Assembly (NCBI GenBank): GCA_964016885.1
Contig: OZ024740.1
Location: 371,194,001 to 371,258,000, forward strand
From: Eledone cirrhosa
Lineage: Eukaryota
DNA length: 64,000 nucleotides
Reading direction: 5' to 3'
In this document: piece after piece, positions 1 through 12,479 of the stretch
Layout: every line of letters starts with the position of its first letter
How positions within the stretch are numbered: the first letter of the stretch is position 1
Notes under the pieces: model-generated
Database searches by the model: none
What the model saw: the letters and a program-made list of their open reading frames with translations, nothing else
Told to the model about the DNA's origin: nothing
Made by a program: the position numbers and the translations under genes

Positions 1-533
1 AGTCACGGAATAGGCAGACCTAGAAAAACCTGGGACGAGCTGATAAACTCCGACATCACACACTTACACCTCTCCAAGACAATGTCACTGGACCGAGACC
101 TTTGGCGGTACTCAGTAACAGAGAAGACCCGCCTTACCTAAATATATAGTAAAACCTACTCCAGCCAGTAGGCATCTCTAACAAATACACCCCGTCCCAC
201 CACCCCCACCCGATCCACACCACCCCGTTCTATGTAAAGTTATGTTGGTGCCGCGCCATCGAGGCCGAAACAAATGAGATCGTGTAGGTGTCACGACAAA
301 AAAACACACAGTCCACGCTGTAATGTGGCCGTGTAGGCAACACGGTAAAAACCTCCCAGACCCACACTGTAAATGTGGTTGGTGTTAGGAAGGGCATCCA
401 ACTGTAGAAAACCTGCCAGACAGTCCTATGCGAGCAAGACAATCACTCTTGCCTCAAGTGGGACTACCCCCGTCCAAACCCATGCAAGCGTGGAACACGG
501 ACGTTAAACGCTGATGATGATGATGATGATGAT
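1..533 (+). mobile_element. RTE-clade LINE, family A, 3' end (ORF end, 3' UTR, (GAT)n tail)
   Basis: Encodes ...SHGIGRPRKTWDELINSDITHLHLSKTMSLDRDLWRYSVTEKTRLT* (TAA 139-141). Near-identical to the 3' part of the copy at 25838-26708. (GAT)n tail runs into (TA)n. Confidence 0.93.
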
Positions 534-544
534 ATATATATATG

Positions 545-1111
545 GGGTTCCTTAGAAGTAATTGCTAGTTTCTGTTAGCAAAGTGACCTAATTCATAATG
601 GAGGTTGGTATTTGAAAGTATAGCAGTCAAAGAGCAGGGTGGAAATTGTTTAGGGATCTTATCACCTCTGCTGGCAACACACAGTTTCTTTCTCTGAGTG
701 ATGTTTTTTGTATGAAGTGTGATGTTGCATGGTAGTGAAATATGGGCATTGAATAAAGAAAATATGTAATGGCTGGGAAGAAATGAAGCAAGCATGGTCT
801 GTGGGATGTTAATGTACATCAATGACAACATAATTGGGATGAGAGAAATCAATTGTTGTGTACAAAGAAAAAGATTGCTGGTACAGATATGTGATATGTA
901 TGAAGTATGACTGTTGGGGAAAGAAGTACCGAATGATCTAATTGGAGAGGGCCATGACAGGATTATGAAAGCTGATCTCAAGTGGCTGAGTCTCATGAAA
1001 TAGTTGATAAAAGATCACAAAAAGTAGTAGACACTATGCTGGAGAAGACCCATCTAACCCATGCAAGTATGAAAACATGAACTTAAAATGATAGTGATGA
1101 TGATAATGATG
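545..1111 (+). mobile_element. Old, decayed RTE-like LINE 3' fragment
   Basis: Degenerate matches to the RTE C-terminal coding DNA (ttgcatggtagtgaaa; agaaatgaagcaagcatg) and to the terminal aacccatgcaagt...gatgat tail. Many stops. Confidence 0.6.
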
Positions 1112-1472
1112 AGAAAGGTATATACATTTTTCAAATTCAAATCTACTTTTGAGTCAGTTACAAACTATCTCAGTCTTTTAGTCTTGAAGAAATAACAAAT
1201 ATTTAGAGTAAAATGGACTGCATTTCATTATATACAAAGTTTTATTTTACACACTGTTGCCACTTCAGTTGCTTTGCTTGGGGCTACCATTTTAAATATA
1301 GTCTTCAGCAAAAACACTCATTTTAACTCCTCGAACATTGTGATTGCTGCAGGTGACTGATTATCTTTATGTTACAAAGCTGTCATCATATTTCTATTAT
1401 GTAACTTTGAATTGTGTGATGTAAGATAGAGTTTTCATTTTTAGATTATGTGTTTAATAAACTGTTTAATAT

Positions 1473-1817
1473 GGAGGCACATGGCTTAATGGTTAGAGCA
1501 GTGGCCTTGCAATCGAAAGGTTGTGAGTTCAATTCTCAGACCGGGTGATGTGTTGTTTCCTTGAGCAAGACACTTTATTTCACATTGCTCCAGTTTACTC
1601 AGCTGTAGAAATGAGATGATAGGGACCTGGGTCCAAATCATTCCACTGCAAAGTGGTCGTGTAGGTGCCACGGCAAAAAAGCACCCAGCACTCACTGTAA
1701 ATGAGGTTGGTGTTAGGAAGGGCATCCAGCTGTAGAAATCAAGCCAAAATCAGTTCCCGTCCCACCCTTGCAAGCAGGGAAAAAGCGGACGTAAAATGAA
1801 ATGAAATGATGATGATG
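1473..1817 (+). mobile_element. tRNA-derived SINE family 1 (RTE-B-type tail)
   Basis: Pol III A box (TGGCTTAATGG) and B box (GAGTTCAATTC), central ccttgagcaagacact segment, 3' part matching the RTE-B 3' UTR, ATGA/GAT tail. Further copies at 24972, 25435 and 33170. Confidence 0.9.
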
Positions 1818-2511
1818 AAACTGGCTGTCTGTTGTTGTGCTGTTTAACCCCAGGTCATCCCTAATGGAGCAGACTTATGATCACAATCACGATCATCCTA
1901 AGTTTGTTTAACTTTTATCATCCCATTGAAAGTTTTCTACATCTAATTGCCACTCCTGTAAGGTTTCAGCAAAAAATGCCTAAAATCAATTTTTTTTATT
2001 CACCCTTGCAAGCAGGGAAAAGCAGACGTAAAATGATGATGATGATGAAATGTTGAATGTGTTTTTTTGTTGAGAGAAATGATTATCAAAATTTGCAGTA
2101 TTGCTGAAAAGACTCTGCCTTTTAATATGATGCAATTATTTGTACTAAAAATGATGTTGCATATGCATGGTTGCTCATAATTACATAATATTAATAAAAA
2201 AATGTGCACTCAAGAACAATAAATTGATTAAATGTAGTTCATAACAGACATGGTCATACAAACAGTACACAAATAAATAAATATTACTCCAACCTTTTTG
2301 TAACTTATTTATAATGAAATTTGCAAAGATATTTCATTTCATTATATTGATCAATGATGCGTATCAATTTTGATGATCAAGTCGGTGCACTGAATAAAGT
2401 TCAGTAATGTCACAGTTCATATTTTGCACATGTGCAGGTTATCAGAACATAGGTTATTAAATAATGGTACAACAGAGTTGAAAAATTAAAACAGTAAATC
2501 TATAAAAAAGT

Positions 2512-3460
2512 TTATTGTTCAAAATTACGAAACTTTGCAAAGCAATCCTTTTCCCTGCACAGTGTAACCTGGCAGTGTTGCATTCTCAAGTGGTTTAGAT
2601 TGTTACCAGTTGAGGTGCGATCAGGCCCCTTAGCACATGCAACAGTGTTCTGGCATCTTCTTTTTGGCTGTATTTTTGTCAGTAGAACAGGCTTCTTGAT
2701 CACATGAATAATTATATCAATAGTTGTTTTCCCTTTTTTTGAAAGTGTAACTATTTATTAGTCTATGGTCACTTCCAGGTGAGAGCCCAGGTGTAAAATG
2801 GGTTTTGGATATGGTCATTCTGAAATATTGCAGTACAAATTATAAGCATTATTAACATTGACACCAAGAAAAAAACCATAAGATGCTCTTCCACTTCTTT
2901 GCTTTGTTTTTGATCCCATAACAGGACTGCAGTTGGTTGTTTTTATCTGCTCCATTGTAATTTTCCATATATTCTTGGATTGCGATAGGTTTGGGGTATA
3001 TGTATCGGCAGGTGTTCCTCATTTTCTTTTCCTGGTGGTGATATTATTACCAATCCTGTTGCTGGTGAAAAGTACACTTACCTGGTGTTTCTTTTCACAC
3101 TAGATAACTGCTGTCAGTATACCCTTTTGCATTTATTTTCATTTTGTTCCGGATTTTTCAGCTTACATGCTATTAAGCTGACAGGAAGACTATTATACCA
3201 TTTCCAGTCTACCAGCTGGAGTAAACTTAGCACTTTAACTTAATAAAATACTTGTCAATATTTTAGTGCTGCTGTTGTTTACAGCTGTGATTTGTTCTTT
3301 TACTTCCAGGCAAAAATTATCATATAGGTGAACTGTGACATTAAAAAATTAAATCTCCTTTTTATGGCCACAATGTAGTGCTAATAATAAGATCTGAACC
3401 ACTGACATCTTGGTTGGTTGTTGGTTAATTTATCCCCTACACCCTCTATTACATTGACTT
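2512..3460 (-). pseudogene. Possible decayed piggyBac-like transposase relic (C-terminal Cys-rich domain)
   Basis: ORF 2512-2703 (-) contains KRRCQNTVAC...HCQVTLCREKDCFAKF, resembling the piggyBac C-terminal cysteine-rich domain. Upstream DNA is degenerate; extent uncertain. Confidence 0.4.
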
Positions 3461-3488
3461 GGCAGTCAACATTTTTGTCATCTTTAAA

Positions 3489-5632
3489 CCAAACTGATTG
3501 TGGTAAAGAAGATTTTTCCGTAATGGATTTTCAACTAGAATAAATTCCTATGATAGCTAGAAAAAAACCCCATCAAATCTTTGAATAAATTAAAAAAAGT
3601 GATAATAATGTCATTTTTATATCTTTACACATGATGTCAATACAGACAAATGACATTTGAAAGAGAATGAAAAAATGAGAATTCACATGTGTTTTTAGTG
3701 TGCAATCCTAGATTGATCCTCAATCAAATGATATCTATCTATTCTTTCTCAATATGCAGCTTAAAAGGAAAAAAATCTATCTATCTAGTTATCGCTCTCT
3801 CTTTCTTTATATATATATATATTATTTACTTTTTATACAATACATCAGGAATATTGTGTGTGTATATATATATATAATTTTACTGTTTATTTATTGAATC
3901 CATTACATCAAATATATATATCGTAAAATATATATCATAAATATATGTGTGTGTTTATATGCTGAATCCAATACATCAGATGAATCTATATTGTATATAT
4001 CAGAAATATTGTCTTTATTTGAAAGCTTTACAATTGCCTATTATGTATGAAGCTTCATGTATGCTATTCATTGAACAATCATAGAGTCAACATTCCTTTA
4101 TGTTCTCAGTAGCCATTGAGGAACAATCAGATATTTATGATTAACAATTATGAGTGATTTAAAGTAAACATAGTAACATCAAAGGCAACAGGTTAACCTA
4201 GGTCTAGAAAGTAAAAAGTTCTTTGGAAAAGGAAAATTGAAATTTGACTCTAATCTAAATTTAGATCTGTATTAAAGTATCAGCTTGCCAAATCAATGTT
4301 GTGTTGGATTGCTCGTAAAAAAGTCCAGTGATCCATATATACCATCACTAGCATTTTGCTTTGTCTATAGCCAAGACACTAACTCTTGCTTGATTAATGC
4401 CCCTAAGTACTAATAGGTACCACACTTCTTTGTTAATGATATACTGAGTATTTTCCATTATTCTTGGAGAAAACAACAGGAAATTATTCTTGAGGGAAAA
4501 ATTACCTTGGAATGCCCTTTGCTTGAAGAATTTATACTTAACATACATAGTGTTCTCCCAAAAGCATTGGATAGTATACAACTGAAAAAAGAGAAAATTC
4601 TGAGCCTAAAATGCATTTGATTGTTAAGTCTGATCAGGACTGTCCTGGGTATAAACCACATCAACTCTAATACAATTAATTCTGAAAGGTTCTGAAATAG
4701 TAGGATCAAAAGGATTTCAATCTCTCTATGTATGAAAATTCAGATTGGAGTTTCATTGGAGATATGATTTTTGCAGCCAATCTCCAGCTGCAAGCATACA
4801 CATTTTAGGACAATGTGATCAATAGCAGCACTTTTTGCCATCAAATGTTGATAGTTGTAGTGGGAGTACTACTGAATTGGTGATCGACATTCTCGTTTGC
4901 TTTAAACCAAACTGATGATAATGGTAAACATGAATTTTTGTAATGGATTTTCAAATAGAATAAATTCCTATGATAGATAGAAAAATAAAGCAAATACATT
5001 TGAATAAAATAAAAGAGCGATAATGATGCCATTTTTGTATTCTTACTCTTTGTGTTAATACATATAGTTTTTAGTGTGCAATCCTAGATCAATCCTCAAT
5101 TTAATACTACATTTGCTTTTTCAGTATGCAGCTTAATATAGGAAAAATCTATCTATCTATCCATCCTCCCACTCATCCATCCAATCCAAGTTATCAGAAA
5201 ATATATGTGTGTATGTGTATATATATGTGTGTGTATGTGTGTGATAAATATATATAGTCTTTATTTGAAAGTTTTACAATTGCCTATTATGTATGATATT
5301 TCATGTATGCTATTCATTGGACAGTCATAGAGTCAACATTCCTTTATGTTCTTGGCAGCCATTGAGGAACAATCAGATATTTATGATTAGCAATTATGAG
5401 TGATTTAAAGTAAACATAGTAACATCAAAGGCAGCAGGTTAACTTAGGTCTGGAAAGTAAAATGTTCTTTGGAAAAGGAAAATTGAAATCTGACTCTAAT
5501 CTAAATTTAGATCTGTATTAAAGTATCAGCTTGCCAAATCAATGTTGTGTTGGATTGCTCGTAAAAAAGTCCAGTGATCCATATATACCATCACTAGCAT
5601 TTTGCTTTGTCTAAAGCCAAGACACTCTTGCT
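3489..5632. repeat. Local direct duplication (about 3489-4391 vs about 4906-5632)
   Basis: taatggattttcaa.tagaataaattcctatgatag at 3521 and 4941. 4011-4391 is nearly identical to 5257-5632. Confidence 0.85.
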
Positions 5633-6475
5633 TGGCTTTTATTTACAATGCTGTGGATTCTGTGGTTGGAGCTAGTTCTATCCTGACTAAATACCAACAT
5701 AAGTACAAAATCTCTCTGTGACACTTCTACAGTACAAATTCTTTTAATATTTTGGAATTTTCTACAATGTCAATTTATAATTTGTGATGCTCTCTCTCTA
5801 TTCTATTTTTCTACATTTCATGTACTACTGAACAATCAAACTCTGCCATCTCCACTGAAGCCCTTCCTATTTCTCATTCTCTCATCATCTATACTGTGTC
5901 TCAGTCTCTGATTCTATACAAAGTAGGTTCCCTACTCCTATCTGTTTAGAACTATAAACATCTGAAACTGCTTCCTTGTCCACATTTTCACCACTCACAT
6001 CAGTGTTCAATGAATATTCATTGCATCAATATCACCAAACTGCAAAAGATCTCCCAAAACTATGGGTATTGCTTCTCTACTTTGGACTTTAATAAACATT
6101 ACACAATTACTCAACAAAAATAAACATTACACAATTACACAACAAAAATAACCTAATTTTACATAAATGTGAATGATAAAATGTTCCTTTAAGAAGTTCT
6201 TGTACAACATTTGCATAAAGAGAAAGACAATGTTAAACTTAAAAGAACTGGAATTAAATTGACTGGGTAAATTCAAGTTAAGACTAGTGAATATAATTAA
6301 GCTTGTGTAAAAATATGAAAGTTTATAGTTGGCTTTTATCAATTAAATTAAAGATGGAAATATTTCAGTTGTTGAACTTATGCCTTTTGCTATTTCCCCA
6401 AGTCACAATTGATAAAATATTTATAGGACTAAAATATTCTTTTGTTCATGAATTTAAAAAAAGATTACAACGAAT

Positions 6476-7170
6476 ACGTTGGATGTGTAATAGTAATATA
6501 CGTCAACGGCAAAGCATAAATGAACTAAGGGAGAAATTAGGAATAAGAGGAATCAGATGTTGTTTACTCGAGAGAAGACTACGTTGGTATGGTCATGTGA
6601 AGCGCATGAAAGACGACAGCTGTATAAAAAAATGCAGGGCGATAAAAATAGACAGTAGCCACGGAGTAGGCAGACCCAGAAAAACCTGGGACGACTTGAT
6701 AAATTCCGACCTCACACACTTACACCTCTCCAAGACAATGTCACTGGACCGAGATCTTTGGCGCTACACAGTAATACAGAAGACCCGCCTTGCCTAAGTA
6801 CAAAGCGAAACCTACAGTCAGTAGGCATCTCTAACAAAATACCCCCCCCCCCCCACCCCATCTACACCACCCCTTTCGATGTAATGTTATGTTGGTACCA
6901 CAACATCCAGTCCAAAATAAATGAGGTTGTGTAGGTGTCACGAAAAAAAAACACACAGTCCACGCTGTAATGTGGCCGTGTAGGTAACACGGTAAAACCC
7001 TCCCAGTCCACACTGTAAACGTAATTGGTGTTAGGAAGGGCATCCAGCCGTAGAAAACCCGCCAGACAGTCCTATACGAGCAAGACAACCAATCTTGCCT
7101 CAAGTGGGAAAACTCCCGTCCAAACCCATGCAAGCGTGGAAGATGGATGTTAAACGATGATGATGATGAT
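6476..7170 (+). mobile_element. RTE-clade LINE, family A variant (…IQKTRLA), 5'-truncated
   Basis: C-terminal part of ORF 6303-6797 (RWMCNSNIRQRQS...GRPRKTW), family-A 3' UTR, (GAT)n tail. Confidence 0.92.
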
Positions 7171-7856
7171 TTATTTTAAGAATGAAAATATTTGGAATAT
7201 TTGATAAAAAAATAACTGTTAGACATTTCTTATGCTGTAACTTCAGTTATCTTTGCATAAGTAGTATATAGTTGGTATTTTTAGCTTTGACACTTAATTT
7301 AAAAAAAATACCATTCTTAGTAGCATTTTGTTCCTCACCTTCTATTTTAAGGATGGTAACTAATAGAGATTTGTTGCTAGATGGAGCAGGTTGAATATTT
7401 TTATAGAAGCCACTTCCCTGACTCAATTATGATAATGTTTACATACTGGGTGTCAAACTCTCTCTCTCACTCTCTTTTTTAAAAAAATATATTCTTAGTT
7501 GTGGAACAGAGTTTTTCGTGTTACCTATGTTATTCTTATTGTGTTCAATTGGGAGACTTTTATTCCATGTGTTTAATGGAAGAAGTAGTCATCATCATTT
7601 TTACATATGCTTTTCCATGCTAGCATGGTTTGGCTAAGACTATTTTGAGGCAACATTCTATAGCTAAATACCTTTTTTACTCATATTTTATAAGCATGGT
7701 ACTTACTCTAATGATCTCCACATCAAGCAGCTAAGCTGTAGGTCATATTGTTTATGCTGGACATAAACAAATGCCTTTGGCTGCTCAAGCAGAGCCATTG
7801 CAAAGACAAACATGAAAGGAGGCAAAGGCACACACATGTATGTGCACACACACATA

Positions 7857-8046
7857 TAATAATTGTTTCTACTTTTGGCACAAGGCCAGCAATTACTCAG
7901 TACATTACTGGTACTTTATTTTATCGCCCCGTAAGGATGAAAGGCAAAGTCAACCTCAGCGGGATTTGAACTCAGATTGTAAAGGGACGTAACTATGCTG
8001 GAAAGCATGGCGTCCGACCCTCTACCGATACTGCAAATCCACTGCC
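7857..8046 (-). mobile_element. tRNA-derived SINE family 2
   Basis: Reverse complement of the copy at 58998-59187: B box gagttcaaatcc, central ctttgcctttcatccttacgggg.gataaaataaagtaccag, ending agaaacaattatta. Confidence 0.85.
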
Positions 8047-8245
8047 ACACACACATATAATCATCATCATCATCATAGCTGCTGCTGCTGCTTTGTTTTT
8101 GTTCAACAGCTTTTATATTGTTGAAAGTGTTGTTGGTTTTAATAGTTCTGAGATCTCTTAATGGGAATAAACTGTAGTGGTTTGATATATAGTCCAGTGT
8201 CCATAAGGGAATATGAACTCAGCAATGCATATTAATGGAATATTT

Positions 8246-8467
8246 GTTGACCCATTTGATACTGCACTACATAAAACTATCCCTGGTTTTCTATTTTAAA
8301 GTGTCTATATTTATCTAAAAACCTTTCATCATAATTTTGCTCCAAACAGCAGCTTGATAATGAAAAGGTTATATTACTAAATCCTTTCAAATTCTTGATT
8401 ATTTTCAAAGTGGTTAGATAATCATAGGCAGTGTCTTTCATTAGAAATATGGTAATGAAAGGGGTAA
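8246..8467. mobile_element. Probable non-autonomous DNA transposon (MITE), piggyBac-like ends
   Basis: Similar to 16606-16858 and, inverted, to 58904-59346. Ends resemble TTAACCCTTT...AAAGGGTTAA in degenerate form. Confidence 0.45.
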
Positions 8468-11400
8468 TTTTTTTGTTTATTTTTATTTTTTTTTACATAC
8501 AGAATACATAATTTATTAATGATAAAAATCAAAAAAATCATAAACAAATCTACTTCAAATAACAACAACACTACAGATATTTAAAAACAGAAAATGGAAG
8601 GAACGGCAAGGGCTCTGGGATCACAGAAGAATGGGAGGGGGGAATTATACTGTTTCCATTGCTTACAGTGAGAAGCAATAGTGCATAACTTTTTCAGAGC
8701 TTAGTGGATACGGCTAGTATGAGTTAAGTTTCTTGGTTATGGATACTGCAAAATGCTAGAAACTAGATACACATTATTGACTTTTTGACAGCTAGTGCAG
8801 ACCTCAAATTTTTGTCAGTTGCAATTTTGTATCTTACACTGAAAATAGTAAGATGTCACTACTACATTATTCCTGACCCCTCAACATGTGAAGCTGTAGG
8901 GGTGTTTTGTGATGTACAGTGTATCTTTGATATACTTTTAAAATCCTGGCAGAACCTATCCTTCACCTTGTTTGACTCATGGAGAGAGAGAGGTGCAGAT
9001 TTTGAAAGGCAAAGATGACCCTGGCGAGATACGAACTCAAAGCACTGTGAATTGGAACAAATACTGTAAAGCATTCTATTTGATGCACTCATGACTTTAC
9101 CAATTTGTCTCTCTTTCAAATCAAGTATCAGATCAAGCAGGCTTTATAACGTTCTTAATTTTACTTTGAAAGGCAAGCTATTCAATCTGACCATCAGTGG
9201 CAGTAACTGTGGCATTGACAGTAATTCTGCGTGATTCCATGATTTGTTGTTCTGATAATAATCTGCTGAGTGTATGATGTTAATCCCACTGACCATAAAA
9301 TAAATAAATAAATAAAGTTACTGTGTATAAGTTTATGTCTGTTTGAAAGATAAATGGAAATCTTTGAATTGTAGAGAAGAAGCAGAACTTCAAATGACAT
9401 ACACATTTCCTAATTTTATTTTTCTTACCATATTTCTAATAAAAGACTCTGAAAATGATTTTCAAATAGTTTTGAAAATCAAGAATTTGGAGGGGCTTTG
9501 TAATATAACTGATGTTATCATTGTCAAGCTGGTATTGGAAATATAACTTAACAAATCTTTTTTACTTATAGTTATGATGGAATACATAAATATATATATA
9601 TGAACACTTTAAAATCAACTCAATATCATAGAAATATGAGTGGTTTCAGGCAGTTTGGTTTTAGAAGTATAACCATTGATTAATTAAAAATGTATACATA
9701 GTTATCTATTTTACTGGTATCATATCCATTTTCTCATATTTGTATGAATGATAATGGTGGTTACTGCTAATTTGGATTTTTATGTGATGGATAAAGTGTT
9801 TTTTTCTCAATCACTTAACTCTGTTGTAGGAGTAGCTCTTGTCTACCAAGCAGACTAAGTAAAAAATTGTATTAATCAGAGCTACTGGCCACTGAAATGG
9901 GCAGGGAGCTACATTTTGCTTACATACATTCCTACATTTCACAATGTATGTTTATATATATATATAAATATATGCCTCCTACCCTTGCTAGCAGGGAAAG
10001 CAGATGTTAAAACGATGACAATGATATATATGTGTGTGTGTCTGTGTGTGTATCTTCAAAATCATCATCACTGTTTAATGTCCATTTTTCCAAGCTGGCA
10101 TGGGTTAGATGAGTTATCCTGTTGTGAGCAATGCCAGATCAGGTGACTATGTATATATATATATATATGTGTGTATGTATATATATATATATATGTATAT
10201 ATATATCAACATTATTGCTTTTACTTCCAGTTTTTCCATGATCGCATGATTTGCACAATAATTTTTTGAGGTAGTATTCTAGGGTCAGATGGCATTCCTG
10301 ATTCCAATCCTTGTAATTATAGGTAAAGCAACTTGATCAGTTGCCAAATAGGGATCAATAAAATAGTTAAGAGACTTTAAAAACATAAGTACTGGAATCA
10401 ATATGATCAGAGAGAGAGAGATTTCTGGGTATTCCATCTTTTGTGTGTACATATTAGAAAATGATGACCTGTGTCAGGCATGGCTGCTCTAGATGCATGG
10501 CATGGCTGCTCTAGATGCATGGCATAAAGACAAAGAGTTCTGTGATGCTGCTCCTTATTCAACATACCTCATACCAGAGGTGGTCTGTTTTTTTCACACT
10601 GGAAGTCTTTTATTTTCCTACAGATATTGCTCCATTAAAACCTACTCTTGTACATTATATGAAATAGTTAAGGAAAATAATAAATCTGAAAAAAATATTT
10701 ATTTATTTGAAAAAGCTGACAATAGAATAAATATATATATATAGTTAATAAATTTTTGTGAGGGTATGAATTAGATATTTGGTTCTGATATCATTAACTG
10801 CAAGAATGAACTATTGACTCTTTAGTTATAATATCAAAATAGAGATTGGTAGAAGTGTATGATGTTTCCATGACAACTATATCAAGTAAGAGAACTTTAT
10901 TCCACATGCCACTGCCATAAATGAAGTTTCAGGGTCAGTCTGTATCATGGTCCCAGTGGACAGGTTTGGTTCTAGATGTGAATATCTATCATTCTGTGAT
11001 ATCAAACATTTTAAATTTACTTTGTAAATAAAACAGATGTTGGTTCAGTAAACAGTGTAGAAACACAACATCACTTGATAAGCATATTGAAATTCATGTG
11101 TTTATTTAAAAGCATGTCTTCATATTTCAATATGAAATATTTCTAAGCATTAAATAAAGACATAAGAATGTTATCGTCTGATATTTCAAACAGTTCAATC
11201 TTTAAATTGCTCGTTGCTTTGGAGATGATATAAACTCGGTATGTGTAGTTGAAAAACTAATTCTAGTACAAGATCATGTTTATAGAATATCAGCTTGTCA
11301 TTGGTTATATTTTTCACCCAGGAAGTCCTGGACTTTTGTGCATTTTTAATGATTTGTTTCTAACAGGTTTATTAGTTAACTTTTTCTAGTTCAGCTAAAA

Positions 11401-11494
11401 GTTTTCATTAAATAAGAATTTGAAAAATATGTGTTATACCCCCACCCCCCAATGTGTGGACTTTTAGTTACATGTGTGTGTAAGTATGTATGTA

Positions 11495-11526
<32 letters not shown>

Positions 11527-12100
11527 GTGGTAGAACACTGGAAGGTAATATCCGTAGTGGTAGAGCACTCAGTCCATGGGACGAGTTAGGTAGAAGTGGT
11601 TACATGACAGTTAGTTCACCATACCGAGAACAATTGTTTCACCTTAGCAGATCCTCAGCTCGTAATGGACATGGTTATACGGAACAGGAAGGACAACCGT
11701 ACGAACGCGCATGCGCAGAAACCGTCACTTCACACAGGCAATACTAAAAAGCGTGCGAGAGCTGTAAGGGGGATAACTGCGAAAGTTCGAAAAGTTTTTA
11801 GTTGATAAGAAAATTAGGATGTTATTGTGATTCAATCCGGAGCTTTGTAGTTATGTAAGAGGTGTTTCGAGATGTGTGGACAACATGTGAAGAATTCATT
11901 TCTCGTGTTTAAGCAATCACTATTGCATAACCTCTTTAGAATATTTATTCGTTCATCAATACATAGTCCACACGACGGATTTCCCCTTGCGTATGGCTTG
12001 GACTTTGTGATGGCTTTCCATTGAATGGAGTAGTCTATACTTGAGTCCTTGAGGGACCATACGTGCCTCGTGAGTTTCGTGGATGAACGTCTGTCCGGGT
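11527..12100 (-). mobile_element. Penelope-like element 3' fragment (GIY-YIG C-terminus + pLTR), between (TA)n tracts
   Basis: Minus-strand frame 12098-11832, no ATG and not in the ORF track: PDRRSSTKLTRHVWSLKDSSIDYSIQWKAITKSKPYARGNPSCGLCIDERINILKRLCNSDCLNTRNEFFTCCPHISKHLLHNYKAPD*. Homologous to the end of ORF 28492-29430. Confidence 0.88.
11619..11668 (-). ncRNA. Minimal hammerhead ribozyme (type I, PLE-type)
   Basis: Minus strand: ccattaCGAG-CTGAGGA-TCTGCTAAGGT-GAAA-CAATTG-TT-CTCGgtatgg. Stem I CGAG/CTCG, palindromic stem III ACAATTGT, weak stem II. Confidence 0.75.
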
Positions 12101-12112
12101 ATATATATATAT

Positions 12113-12300
12113 ATAATTAATCGGATTATGTGTTATAACAACATCAAAAGGTGAAAATATCAGAAAGTAAAAATAATCGTTCTATGTGTTGCTTCTAACT
12201 GTCTGAAGTGGTCATAGCTGTCGAATTGTGGCTATCACCGAATTATATATAACAGTAATAAAAGAATTAGATTATGAAATGTAGACTTATACCTCTTGTT
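12113..12300 (+). mobile_element. Solitary PLE pLTR-like fragment with decayed hammerhead (12198-12256)
   Basis: ACTGT-CTGAAGT-GGTCATAGC...GCTATCACC-GAAT-TATATATA-ACAGT. Same architecture as the 32911-32965 hammerhead but with two core substitutions. Flanked by (TA)n. Confidence 0.65.
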
Positions 12301-12479
12301 TATATATATATATGTGTGTGTGTGTCACCAACCACTTTACAGCATGGACTGGGTGCATCATTCATGCCACCAGCATTAGAGAGGTTGTCTTACTGGACTT
12401 AAGTGTCCTCTCCACCCTGTATCAGTTTTTATTTGGCCTGTCTACTCTCTTAGACAGGTAGCCTTCACTATGGCTTACA

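Noticed and set aside
1473-1545. tRNA gene (GCA anticodon-like loop)
   Set aside because: It is the head of a multi-copy SINE, with a poor acceptor stem, and continues into the SINE body.
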